From Yuukianura sp. NJ FZ-2021 (lineage: Eukaryota): a stretch of DNA of 64,000 bases. Shown here one piece after another: positions 21,200 to 33,700 of this stretch. The notes beneath the pieces were generated by a model that searched no databases, was not told where the DNA came from, and worked only from the letters and a program-made list of their open reading frames with translations. The stretch spans positions 1,240,001-1,304,000 of the forward strand of contig CM102287.1 of assembly GCA_046563655.1 (NCBI GenBank), in the 5' to 3' direction. Every line of letters begins with the position of its first letter. The first letter of the stretch is position 1. The translations under genes and the position numbers were made by a program.

Positions 21200-21220
21200 A
21201 AAGGCAAAGGTGGGAGTAAA
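21200..21220 (+). promoter_or_regulatory. Polypurine tract
   Basis: AAAGGCAAAGGTGGGAGTAAA immediately before the 3' LTR. Confidence 0.8.
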
Positions 21221-21715
21221 TGTAGGATAATTGGGGTTATTTCTATTTTTAGTTAAGACTAACTTTAGCTTCCCGCCCTTCAAAACGAAAGGTCAGTTTT
21301 TGATGAGACTTGGTGGGCTTATAGGCTTAAGTGTTTAGTATATCCCCTGTAATTTCTAGCTTTCCGACAAGTCAGGTTTGTAAGTAGTGGGTGGAGATAG
21401 GGTGCGACGTTAGCGTCTGGCGTCTGGCCTTCGGCTATTCTGTCTTTTCTCCTCTCCCTCTTTTTGTGTATTCCCATAAGTTTAGTATAAGAAAAAAGAC
21501 AAGATTCACAGATTGAAGAGACAACACATAAGTTTAGTTCTAAGTTGTCAATAATTGGATTAATTGGTAAAGAATATTAATAAACCAGTAAAACTAACAT
21601 CGACAACAGCCCGAACGATCAGTCCATTTAAGCAGCGTTTGAGAGCCGGCCAAGTTACAGAACTCCCATTGATATAGCGTAATCGACGGGTAGTTGGTTA
21701 GCGCCATATTCTACA
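21221..21715 (+). repeat. 3' LTR of BEL/Pao A, 495 bp
   Basis: Matches the 5' LTR except G15234 versus C21509 (by-eye comparison). Confidence 0.97.
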
Positions 21716-24700
21716 AAGTCCGCCCTATCCAGATTTAATGGCGATCTATCCACACCAATGAAACTTGGGGTCCTGCAGTACGTTTCATAAGGATTTCAGA
21801 AAACTAACTCATTTTCACCCGGCATCGTTCCGCGCGGAGGTTTTTCAAATGTTCTGTTTTGAAACAAATTTTCATAAATAAAAGTAACGAGATGAGGGAC
21901 GATACAGCAAGTGAAAGTGGGTTCCTGTAGCACTTTTTATGAGGATTTCAAAAATGTTGTTGCCTTTTACCCAGCATCGTTCCGGAATGCATTTCTTTTG
22001 AATTCTCTGTTTTGAAACATGAATTTTCATAAATAAAGGTAACAAGATGAGGGACGACACAGCAAGTGAAAGTGGGTTCCTGTAACCCTTTTTATGAGGA
22101 TTTCAAAAATATAATTTACTTTCTGTTCATTCTCACATTTGCATGTTCATTCTCACAAATTTAAGTCGTTTTGCGTCAAAATGGTGCTCGGCATTCCCCT
22201 GGGTGCCGTATTCCAACCCCAGACAAAATTCGAGGCGGAGCGATTTATCCCGACTTTTAAGTCCGCCCTATCCAGATTTAATGGCGATCTATCCACACCA
22301 ATGAAACTTGGGGTCCTGCAGTACGTTTCATAAGGATTTCAGAAAACTAACTCATTTTCACCCGGCATCGTTCCGCGCGGAGGTTTTTCGAATGTTCTGT
22401 TTTGAAACAAATTTTCATAAATAAAAGTAACGAGATGAGGGACGATACAGCAAGTGAAAGTGGGTTCCTGTAGCACTTTTTATGAGGATTTCAAAAATGT
22501 TGTTGCCTTTTACCCAGCATCGTTCCGGAATGCATTTCTTTTGAATTCTCTGTTTTGAAACATGAATTTTCATAAATAAAGGTAACAAGATGAGGGACGA
22601 CACAGCAAGTGAAAGTGGGTTCCTGTAACCCTTTTTATGAGGATTTCAAAAATATAATTTACTTTCTGTTCATTCTCACATTTGCATGTTCATTCTCACA
22701 AATTTAAGTCGTTTTGCGTCAAAATGGTGCTCGGCATTCCCCTGGGTGCCGTATTCCAACCCCAGACAAAATTCGAGGCGGAGCGATTTATCCCGACTTT
22801 TAAGTCCGCCCTATCCAGATTTAATGGCGATCTATCCACACCAATGAAACTTGGGGTCCTGCAGTACGTTTCATAAGGATTTCAGAAAACTAACTCATTT
22901 TCACCCGGCATCGTTCCGCGCGGAGGTTTTTCGAATGTTCTGTTTTGAAACAAATTTTCATAAATAAAAGTAACGAGATGAGGGACGATACAGCAAGTGA
23001 AAGTGGGTTCCTGTAGCACTTTTTATGAGGATTTCAAAAATGTTGTTGCCTTTTACCCAGCATCGTTCCGGAATGCATTTCTTTTGAATTCTCTGTTTTG
23101 AAACATGAATTTTCATAAATAAAGGTAACAAGATGAGGGACGACACAGCAAGTGAAAGTGGGTTCCTGTAACCCTTTTTATGAGGATTTCAAAAATATAA
23201 TTTACTTTCTGTTCATTCTCACATTTGCATGTTCATTCTCACAAATTTAAGTCGTTTTGCGTCAAAATGGTGCTCGGCATTCCCCTGGGTGCCGTATTCC
23301 AACCCCAGACAAAATTCGGGGCGGAGCGATTTATCCCGACTTTTAAGTCCGCCCTATCCAGATTTAATGGCGATCTATCCACACCAATGAAACTTGGGGT
23401 CCTGCAGTACGTTTCATAAGGATTTCAGAAAACTAACTCATTTTCACCCGGCATCGTTCCGCGCGGAGGTTTTTCGAATGTTCTGTTTTGAAACAAATTT
23501 TCATAAATAAAAGTAACGAGATGAGGGACGATACAGCAAGTGAAAGTGGGTTCCTGTAGCACTTTTTATGAGGATTTCAAAAATGTTGTTGCCTTTTACC
23601 CAGCATCGTTCCGGAATGCATTTCTTTTGAATTCTCTGTTTTGAAACATGAATTTTCATAAATAAAGGTAACAAGATGAGGGACGACACAGCAAGTGAAA
23701 GTGGGTTCCTGTAACCCTTTTTATGAGGATTTCAAAAATATAATTTACTTTCTGTTCATTCTCACATTTGCATGTTCATTCTCACAAATTTAAGTCGTTT
23801 TGCGTCAAAATGGTGCTCGGCATTCCCCTGGGTGCCGTATTCCAACCCCAGACAAAATTCGAGGCGGAGCGATTTATCCCGACTTTTAAGTCCGCCCTAT
23901 CCAGATTTAATGGCGATCTATCCACACCAATGAAACTTGGGGTCCTGCAGTACGTTTCATAAGGATTTCAGAAAACTAACTCATTTTCACCCGGCATCGT
24001 TCCGCGCGGAGGTTTTTCGAATGTTCTGTTTTGAAACAAATTTTCATAAATAAAAGTAACGAGATGAGGGACGATACAGCAAGTGAAAGTGGGTTCCTGT
24101 AGCACTTTTTATGAGGATTTCAAAAATGTTGTTGCCTTTTACCCAGCATCGTTCCGGAATGCATTTCTTTTGAATTCTCTGCTTTGAAACATGAATTTTC
24201 ATAAATAAAGGTAACAAGATGAGGGACGACACAGCAAGTGAAAGTGGGTTCCTGTAGCACTTTTTATGAGGATTTCAAAAATGTAGTTGACTTTTACCCA
24301 GCATCGTTCCGGAATGCATTTCTTTTGAATTCTCTGTTTTGAAACATGAATTTTCATAAATAAAGGTAACAAGATGAGGGACGACACAGCAAGTCAAAGT
24401 GGGTTCCTGTAGCCCTTTTTATGAGGATTTCAAAAATATAATTTACTTTCTGTTCATTCTCACATTTGAATGTTCAGTCTCACAAATTTAAGTCGTTTTG
24501 CGTCAAAATGGTGCTCGGCATTCCCCTGGGTGCCGTATTCCAACCCCAGATAAAATTCGAGGCGGAGCGATTTATCCCGACTTTTAAGTCCGCCCTATCC
24601 AGATTTAATGGCGATCTATCCACACCAATGAAACTTGGGGTCCTGCAGTACGTTTCATAAGGATTTCAGAAAACTAACTCATTTTCACCCGGCATCGTTC

Positions 24701-27700
24701 CGCGCGGAGGTTTTTCGAATGTTCTGTTTTGAAACAAATTTTCATAAATAAAAGTAACGAGATGAGGGACGATACAGCAAGTGAAAGTGGGTTCCTGTAG
24801 CACTTTTTATGAGGATTTCAAAAATGTTGTTGCCTTTTACCCAGCATCGTTCCGGAATGCATTTCTTTTGAATTCTCTGCTTTGAAACATGAATTTTCAT
24901 AAATAAAGGTAACAAGATGAGGGACGATACAGCAAGTGAAAGTGGGTTCCTGTAGCACTTTTTATGAGGATTTCAAAAATGTTGTTGCCTTTTACCCAGC
25001 ATCGTTCCGGAATGCATTTCTTTTGAATTCTCTGCTTTGAAACATGAATTTTCATAAATAAAGGTAACAAGATGAGGGACGACACAGCAAGTGAAAGTGG
25101 GTTCCTGTAGCACTTTTTATGAGGATTTCAAAAATGTTGTTGCCTTTTACCCAGCATCGTTCCGGAATGCATTTCGTTTGAATTCTCTGCTTTGAAACAT
25201 GAATTTTCATAAATATAGGTAACACGATGAGGGACGACACAGCAAGTGAAAGTGGGTTCCTGTAGCACTTTTTATGAGGATTTCAAAAATGTAGTTGACT
25301 TTTACCCAGCATCGTTCCGGAATGCATTTCTTTTGAATTCTCTGTTTTGAAACATGAATTTTCATAAATAAAGGTAACAAGATGAGGGACGACACAGCAA
25401 GTGAAAGTGGGTTCCTGTAGCCCTTTTTATGAGGATTTCAAAAATATAATTTACTTTCTGTTCATTCTCACATTTGCATGTTCATTCTCACAAATTTAAG
25501 TCGTTTTGCGTCAAAATGGTGCTCGGCATTCCCCTGGGTGCCGTATTCCAACCCCAGACAAAATTCGAGGCGGAGCGATTTATCCCGACTTTTAAGTCCG
25601 CCCTATCCAGATTTAATGGCGATCTATCCACACCAATGAAACTTGGGGTCCTGCAGTACGTTTCATAAGGATTTCAGAAAACTAACTCATTTTCACCCGG
25701 CATCGTTCCGCGCGGAGGTTTTTCGAATGTTCTGTTTTGAAACAAATTTTCATAAATAAAAGTAACGAGATGAGGGACGATACAGCAAGTGAAAGTGGGT
25801 TCCTGTAGCACTTTTTATGAGGATTTCAAAAATGTTGTTGCCTTTTACCCAGCATCGTTCCGGAATGCATTTCTTTTGAATTCTCTGCTTTGAAACATGA
25901 ATTTTCATAAATAAAGGTAACAAGATGAGGGACGACACAGCAAGTGAAAGTGGGTTCCTGTAGCACTTTTTATGAGGATTTCAAAAATGTTGTTGCCTTT
26001 TACCCAGCATCGTTCCGGAATGCATTTCTTTTGAATTCTCTGCTTTGAAACATGAATTTTCATAAATATAGGTAACACGATGAGGGACGACACAGCAAGT
26101 GAAAGTGGGTTCCTGTAGCACTTTTTGTGGGGATTTCAAAGATGTAGCTGACCTTTATTCAGCACCGTTCCGGAATGCATTTCTTTTGAGTTCTTTGTTT
26201 TGAAACATGAATTTTCATAAATAAAGGTAACAAGATAAGGGACAACACAGCAAGTGAAAGTGGGTTCCTGTAGCCCTTTTTATGAGGATTTCAAAAATAT
26301 AATTTACTTTCTGTTCATTCTCACATTTGCATGTTCATTCTCACAAATTTAAGTCGTTTTGCGTCAAAATGGTGCTCGGCATTCCCCTGGGTGCCGTATT
26401 CCAACCCCAGACAAAATTCGAGGCGGAGCGATTTATCCCGACTTTTAAGTCCGCCCTATCCAGATTTAATGGCGATCTATCCACACCAATGAAACTTGGG
26501 GTCCTGCAGTACGTTTCATAAGGATTTCAGAAAACTAACTCATTTTCACCCGGCATCGTTCCGCGCGGAGGTTTTTCGAAAGTTCTGTTTTGAAACAAAT
26601 TTTCATAAATAAAAGTAACGAGATGAGGGACGATACAGCAAGTGAAAGTGGGTTCCTGTAGCACTTTTTATGAGGATTTCAAAAATGTTGTTGCCTTTTA
26701 CCCAGCATCGTTCCGGAATGCATTTCTTTTGAATTCTCTGTTTTGAAACATGAATTTTCATAAATAAAGGTAACAAGATGAGGGACGACACAGCAAGTGA
26801 AAGTGGGTTCCTGTAGCCCTTTTTATGAGGATTTCAAAAATATAATTTACTTTCTGTTCATTCTCACATTTGAATGTTCATTCTCACAAATTTAAGTCGT
26901 TTTGCGTCAAAATGGTGCTCGGCATTCCCCTGGGTGCCGTATTCCAACCCCAGATAAAATTCGAGGCGGAGCGATTTATCCCGACTTTTAAGTCCGCCCT
27001 ATCCAGATTTAATGGCGATCTATCCACACCAATGAAACTTGGGGTCCTGCAGTACGTTTCATAAGGATTTCAGAAAACTAACTCATTTTCACCCGGCATC
27101 GTTCCGCGCGGAGGTTTTTCAAATGTTCTGTTTTGAAACAAATTTTCATAAATAAAAGTAACGAGATGAGGGACGATACAGCAAGTGAAAGTGGGTTCCT
27201 GTAGCACTTTTTATGAGGATTTCAAAAATGTTGTTGCCTTTTACCCAGCATCGTTCCGGAATGCATTTCTTTTGAATTCTCTGTTTTGAAACATGAATTT
27301 TCATAAATAAAGGTAACAAGATGAGGGACGACACAGCAAGTGAAAGTGGGTTCCTGTAGCCCTTTTTATGAGGATTTCAAAAATATAATTTACTTTCTGT
27401 TCATTCTCACATTTGCATGTTCATTCTCACAAATTTAAGTCGTTTTGCGTCAAAATGGTGCTCGGCATTCCCCTGGGTGCCGTATTCCAACCCCAGACAA
27501 AATTCGAGGCGGAGCGATTTATCCCGACTTTTAAGTCCGCCCTATCCAGATTTAATGGCGATCTATCCACACCAATGAAACTTGGGGTCCTGCAGTACGT
27601 TTCATAAGGATTTCAGAAAACTAACTCATTTTCACCCGGCATCGTTCCGCGCGGAGGTTTTTCGAATGTTCTGTTTTGAAACAAATTTTCATAAATAAAA

Positions 27701-30700
27701 GTAACGAGATGAGGGACGATACAGCAAGTGAAAGTGGGTTCCTGTAGCACTTTTTATGAGGATTTCAAAAATGTTGTTGCCTTTTACCCAGCATCGTTCC
27801 GGAATGCATTTCTTTTGAATTCTCTGCTTTGAAACATGAATTTTCATAAATAAAGGTAACAAGATGAGGGACGACACAGCAAGTGAAAGTGGGTTCCTGT
27901 AGCACTTTTTATGAGGATTTCAAAAATGTAGTTGACTTTTACCCAGCATCGTTCCGGAATGCATTTCTTTTGAATTCTCTGTTTTGAAACATGAATTTTC
28001 ATAAATAAAGGTAACAAGATGAGGGACGACACAGCAAGTGAAAGTGGGTTCCTGTAGCCCTTTTTATGAGGATTTCAAAAATATAATTTACTTTCTGTTC
28101 ATTCTCACATTTGAATGTTCATTCTCACAAATTTAAGTCGTTTTGCGTCAAAATGGTGCTCGGCATTCCCCTGGGTGCCGTATTCCAACCCCAGATAAAA
28201 TTCGAGGCGGAGCGATTTATCCCGACTTTTAAGTCCGCCCTATCCAGATTTAATGGCGATCTATCCACACCAATGAAACTTGGGGTCCTGCAGTACGTTT
28301 CATAAGGATTTCAGAAAACTAACTCATTTTCACCCGGCATCGTTCCGCGCGGAGGTTTTTCAAATGTTCTGTTTTGAAACAAATTTTCATAAATAAAAGT
28401 AACGAGATGAGGGACGATACAGCAAGTGAAAGTGGGTTCCTGTAGCACTTTTTATGAGGATTTCAAAAATGTTGTTGCCTTTTACCCAGCATCGTTCCGG
28501 AATGCATTTCTTTTGAATTCTCTGTTTTGAAACATGAATTTTCATAAATAAAGGTAACAAGATGAGGGACGACACAGCAAGTGAAAGTGGGTTCCTGTAG
28601 CCCTTTTTATGAGGATTTCAAAAATATAATTTACTTTCTGTTCATTCTCACATTTGCATGTTCATTCTCACAAATTTAAGTCGTTTTGCGTCAAAATGGT
28701 GCTCGGCATTCCCCTGGGTGCCGTATTCCAACCCCAGATAAAATTCGAGGCGGAGCGATTTATCCCGACTTTTAAGTCCGCCCTATCCAGATTTAATGGC
28801 GATCTATCCACACCAATGAAACTTGGGGTCCTGCAGTACGTTTCATAAGGATTTCAGAAAACTAACTCATTTTCACCCGGCATCGTTCCGCGCGGAGGTT
28901 TTTCAAATGTTCTGTTTTGAAACAAATTTTCATAAATAAAAGTAACGAGATGAGGGACGATACAGCAAGTGAAAGTGGGTTCCTGTAGCACTTTTTATGA
29001 GGATTTCAAAAATGTTGTTGCCTTTTACCCAGCATCGTTCCGGAATGCATTTCTTTTGAATTCTCTGTTTTGAAACATGAATTTTCATAAATAAAGGTAA
29101 CAAGATGAGGGACGACACAGCAAGTGAAAGTGGGTTCCTGTAGCCCTTTTTATGAGGATTTCAAAAATATAATTTACTTTCTGTTCATTCTCACATTTGC
29201 ATGTTCATTCTCACAAATTTAAGTCGTTTTGCGTCAAAATGGTGCTCGGCATTCCCCTGGGTGCCGTATTCCAACCCCAGACAAAATTCGAGGCGGAGCG
29301 ATTTATCCCGACTTTTAAGTCCGCCCTATCCAGATTTAATGGCGATCTATCCACACCAATGAAACTTGGGGTCCTGCAGTACGTTTCATAAGGATTTCAG
29401 AAAACTAACTCATTTTCACCCGGCATCGTTCCGCGCGGAGGTTTTTCGAATGTTCTGTTTTGAAACAAATTTTCATAAATAAAAGTAACGAGATGAGGGA
29501 CGATACAGCAAGTGAAAGTGGGTTCCTGTAGCACTTTTTATGAGGATTTCAAAAATGTTGTTGCCTTTTACCCAGCATCGTTCCGGAATGCATTTCTTTT
29601 GAATTCTCTGCTTTGAAACATGAATTTTCATAAATAAAGGTAACAAGATGAGGGACGACACAGCAAGTGAAAGTGGGTTCCTGTAGCACTTTTTATGAGG
29701 ATTTCAAAAATGTAGTTGACTTTTACCCAGCATCGTTCCGGAATGCATTTCTTTTGAATTCTCTGTTTTGAAACATGAATTTTCATAAATAAAGGTAACA
29801 AGATGAGGGACGACACAGCAAGTGAAAGTGGGTTCCTGTAGCCCTTTTTATGAGGATTTCAAAAATATAATTTACTTTCTGTTCATTCTCACATTTGAAT
29901 GTTCATTCTCACAAATTTAAGTCGTTTTGCGTCAAAATGGTGCTCGGCATTCCCCTGGGTGCCGTATTCCAACCCCAGATAAAATTCGAGGCGGAGCGAT
30001 TTATCCCGACTTTTAAGTCCGCCCTATCCAGATTTAATGGCGATCTATCCACACCAATGAAACTTGGGGTCCTGCAGTACGTTTCATAAGGATTTCAGAA
30101 AACTAACTCATTTTCACCCGGCATCGTTCCGCGCGGAGGTTTTTCGAAAGTTCTGTTTTGAAACAAATTTTCATAAATAAAAGTAACGAGATGAGGGACG
30201 ATACAGCAAGTGAAATTGGGTTCCTGTAGCACTTTTTATGAGGATTTCAAAAATGTTGTTGCCTTTTACCCAGCATCGTTCCGGAATGCATTTCTTTTGA
30301 ATTCTCTGCTTTGAAACATGAATTTTCATAAATAAAGGTAACAAGATGAGGGACGACACAGCAAGTGAAAGTGGGTTCCTGTAGCACTTTTTATGAGGAT
30401 TTCAAAAATGTAGTTGACTTTTACCCAGCATCGTTCCGGAATGCATTTCTTTTGAATTCTCTGTTTTGAAACATGAATTTTCATAAATAAAGGTAACAAG
30501 ATGAGGGACGACACAGCAAGTGAAAGTGGGTTCCTGTAGCCCTTTTTATGAGGATTTCAAAAATATAATTTACTTTCTGTTCATTCTCACATTTGAATGT
30601 TCATTCTCACAAATTTAAGTCGTTTTGCGTCAAAATGGTGCTCGGCATTCCCCTGGGTGCCGTATTCCAACCCCAGATAAAATTCGAGGCGGAGCGATTT

Positions 30701-33700
30701 ATCCCGACTTTTAAGTCCGCCCTATCCAGATTTAATGGCGATCTATCCACACCAATGAAACTTGGGGTCCTGCAGTACGTTTCATAAGGATTTCAGAAAA
30801 CTAACTCATTTTCACCCGGCATCGTTCCGCGCGGAGGTTTTTCGAAAGTTCTGTTTTGAAACAAATTTTCATAAATAAAAGTAACGAGATGAGGGACGAT
30901 ACAGCAAGTGAAAGTGGGTTCCTGTAGCACTTTTTATGAGGATTTCAAAAATGTTGTTGCCTTTTACCCAGCATCGTTCCGGAATGCATTTCTTTTGAAT
31001 TCTCTGCTTTGAAACATGAATTTTCATAAATAAAGGTAACAAGATGAGGGACGACACAGCAAGTGAAAGTGGGTTCCTGTAGCACTTTTTATGAGGATTT
31101 CAAAAATGTAGTTGACTTTTACCCAGCATCGTTCCGGAATGCATTTCTTTTGAATTCTCTGTTTTGAAACATGAATTTTCATAAATAAAGGTAACAAGAT
31201 GAGGGACGACACAGCAAGTGAAAGTGGGTTCCTGTAGCCCTTTTTATGAGGATTTCAAAAATATAATTTACTTTCTGTTCATTCTCACATTTGAATGTTC
31301 ATTCTCACAAATTTAAGTCGTTTTGCGTCAAAATGGTGCTCGGCATTCCCCTGGGTGCCGTATTCCAACCCCAGATAAAATTCGAGGCGGAGCGATTTAT
31401 CCCGACTTTTAAGTCCGCCCTATCCAGATTTAATGGCGATCTATCCACACCAATGAAACTTGGGGTCCTGCAGTACGTTTCATAAGGATTTCAGAAAACT
31501 AACTCATTTTCACCCGGCATCGTTCCGCGCGGAGGTTTTTCGAATGTTCTGTTTTGAAACAAATTTTCATAAATAAAAGTAACGAGATGAGGGACGATAC
31601 AGCAAGTGAAAGTGGGTTCCTGTAGCACTTTTTATGAGGATTTCAAAAATGTTGTTGCCTTTTACCCAGCATCGTTCCGGAATGCATTTCTTTTGAATTC
31701 TCTGCTTTGAAACATGAATTTTCATAAATAAAGGTAACAAGATGAGGGACGACACAGCAAGTGAAAGTGGGTTCCTGTAGCACTTTTTATGAGGATTTCA
31801 AAAATGTAGTTGACTTTTACCCAGCATCGTTCCGGAATGCATTTCTTTTGAATTCTCTGTTTTGAAACATGAATTTTCATAAATAAAGGTAACAAGATGA
31901 GGGACGACACAGCAAGTGAAAGTGGGTTCCTGTAGCCCTTTTTATGAGGATTTCAAAAATATAATTTACTTTCTGTTCATTCTCACATTTGAATGTTCAT
32001 TCTCACAAATTTAAGTCGTTTTGCGTCAAAATGGTGCTCGGCATTCCCCTGGGTGCCGTATTCCAACCCCAGATAAAATTCGAGGCGGAGCGATTTATCC
32101 CGACTTTTAAGTCCGCCCTATCCAGATTTAATGGCGATCTATCCACACCAATGAAACTTGGGGTCCTGCAGTACGTTTCATAAGGATTTCAGAAAACTAA
32201 CTCATTTTCACCCGGCATCGTTCCGCGCGGAGGTTTTTCGAATGTTCTGTTTTGAAACAAATTTTCATAAATAAAAGTAACGAGATGAGGGACGATACAG
32301 CAAGTGAAAGTGGGTTCCTGTAGCACTTTTTATGAGGATTTCAAAAATGTTGTTGCCTTTTACCCAGCATCGTTCCGGAATGCATTTCTTTTGAATTCTC
32401 TGCTTTGAAACATGAATTTTCATAAATAAAGGTAACAAGATGAGGGACGACACAGCAAGTGAAAGTGGGTTCCTGTAGCACTTTTTATGAGGATTTCAAA
32501 AATGTAGTTGACTTTTACCCAGCATCGTTCCGGAATGCATTTCTTTTGAATTCTCTGTTTTGAAACATGAATTTTCATAAATAAAGGTAACAAGATGAGG
32601 GACGACACAGCAAGTGAAAGTGGGTTCCTGTAGCCCTTTTTATGAGGATTTCAAAAATATAATTTACTTTCTGTTCATTCTCACATTTGAATGTTCATTC
32701 TCACAAATTTAAGTCGTTTTGCGTCAAAATGGTGCTCGGCATTCCCCTGGGTGCCGTATTCCAACCCCAGATAAAATTCGAGGCGGAGCGATTTATCCCG
32801 ACTTTTAAGTCCGCCCTATCCAGATTTAATGGCGATCTATCCACACCAATGAAACTTGGGGTCCTGCAGTACGTTTCATAAGGATTTCAGAAAACTAACT
32901 CATTTTCACCCGGCATCGTTCCGCGCGGAGGTTTTTCAAATGTTCTGTTTTGAAACAAATTTTCATAAATAAAAGTAACGAGATGAGGGACGATACAGCA
33001 AGTGAAAGTGGGTTCCTGTAGCACTTTTTATGAGGATTTCAAAAATGTTGTTGCCTTTTACCCAGCATCGTTCCGGAATGCATTTCTTTTGAATTCTCTG
33101 TTTTGAAACATGAATTTTCATAAATAAAGGTAACAAGATGAGGGACGACACAGCAAGTGAAAGTGGGTTCCTGTAGCCCTTTTTATGAGGATTTCAAAAA
33201 TATAATTTACTTTCTGTTCATTCTCACATTTGCATGTTCATTCTCACAAATTTAAGTCGTTTTGCGTCAAAATGGTGCTCGGCATTCCCCTGGGTGCCGT
33301 ATTCCAACCCCAGATAAAATTCGAGGCGGAGCGATTTATCCCGACTTTTAAGTCCGCCCTATCCAGATTTAATGGCGATCTATCCACACCAATGAAACTT
33401 GGGGTCCTGCAGTACGTTTCATAAGGATTTCAGAAAACTAACTCATTTTCACCCGGCATCGTTCCGCGCGGAGGTTTTTCAAATGTTCTGTTTTGAAACA
33501 AATTTTCATAAATAAAAGTAACGAGATGAGGGACGATACAGCAAGTGAAAGTGGGTTCCTGTAGCACTTTTTATGAGGATTTCAAAAATGTTGTTGCCTT
33601 TTACCCAGCATCGTTCCGGAATGCATTTCTTTTGAATTCTCTGTTTTGAAACATGAATTTTCATAAATAAAGGTAACAAGATGAGGGACGACACAGCAAG

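Larger units (their letters stand above)
14946..21715 (+). mobile_element. Intact BEL/Pao LTR retrotransposon (family A), 6770 bp
   Basis: TG...CA LTRs, 5-bp TSD AAGTC (14941-14945 and 21716-21720) and one uninterrupted polyprotein. Removing the element and one TSD restores a 543-bp satellite unit. Confidence 0.98.
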
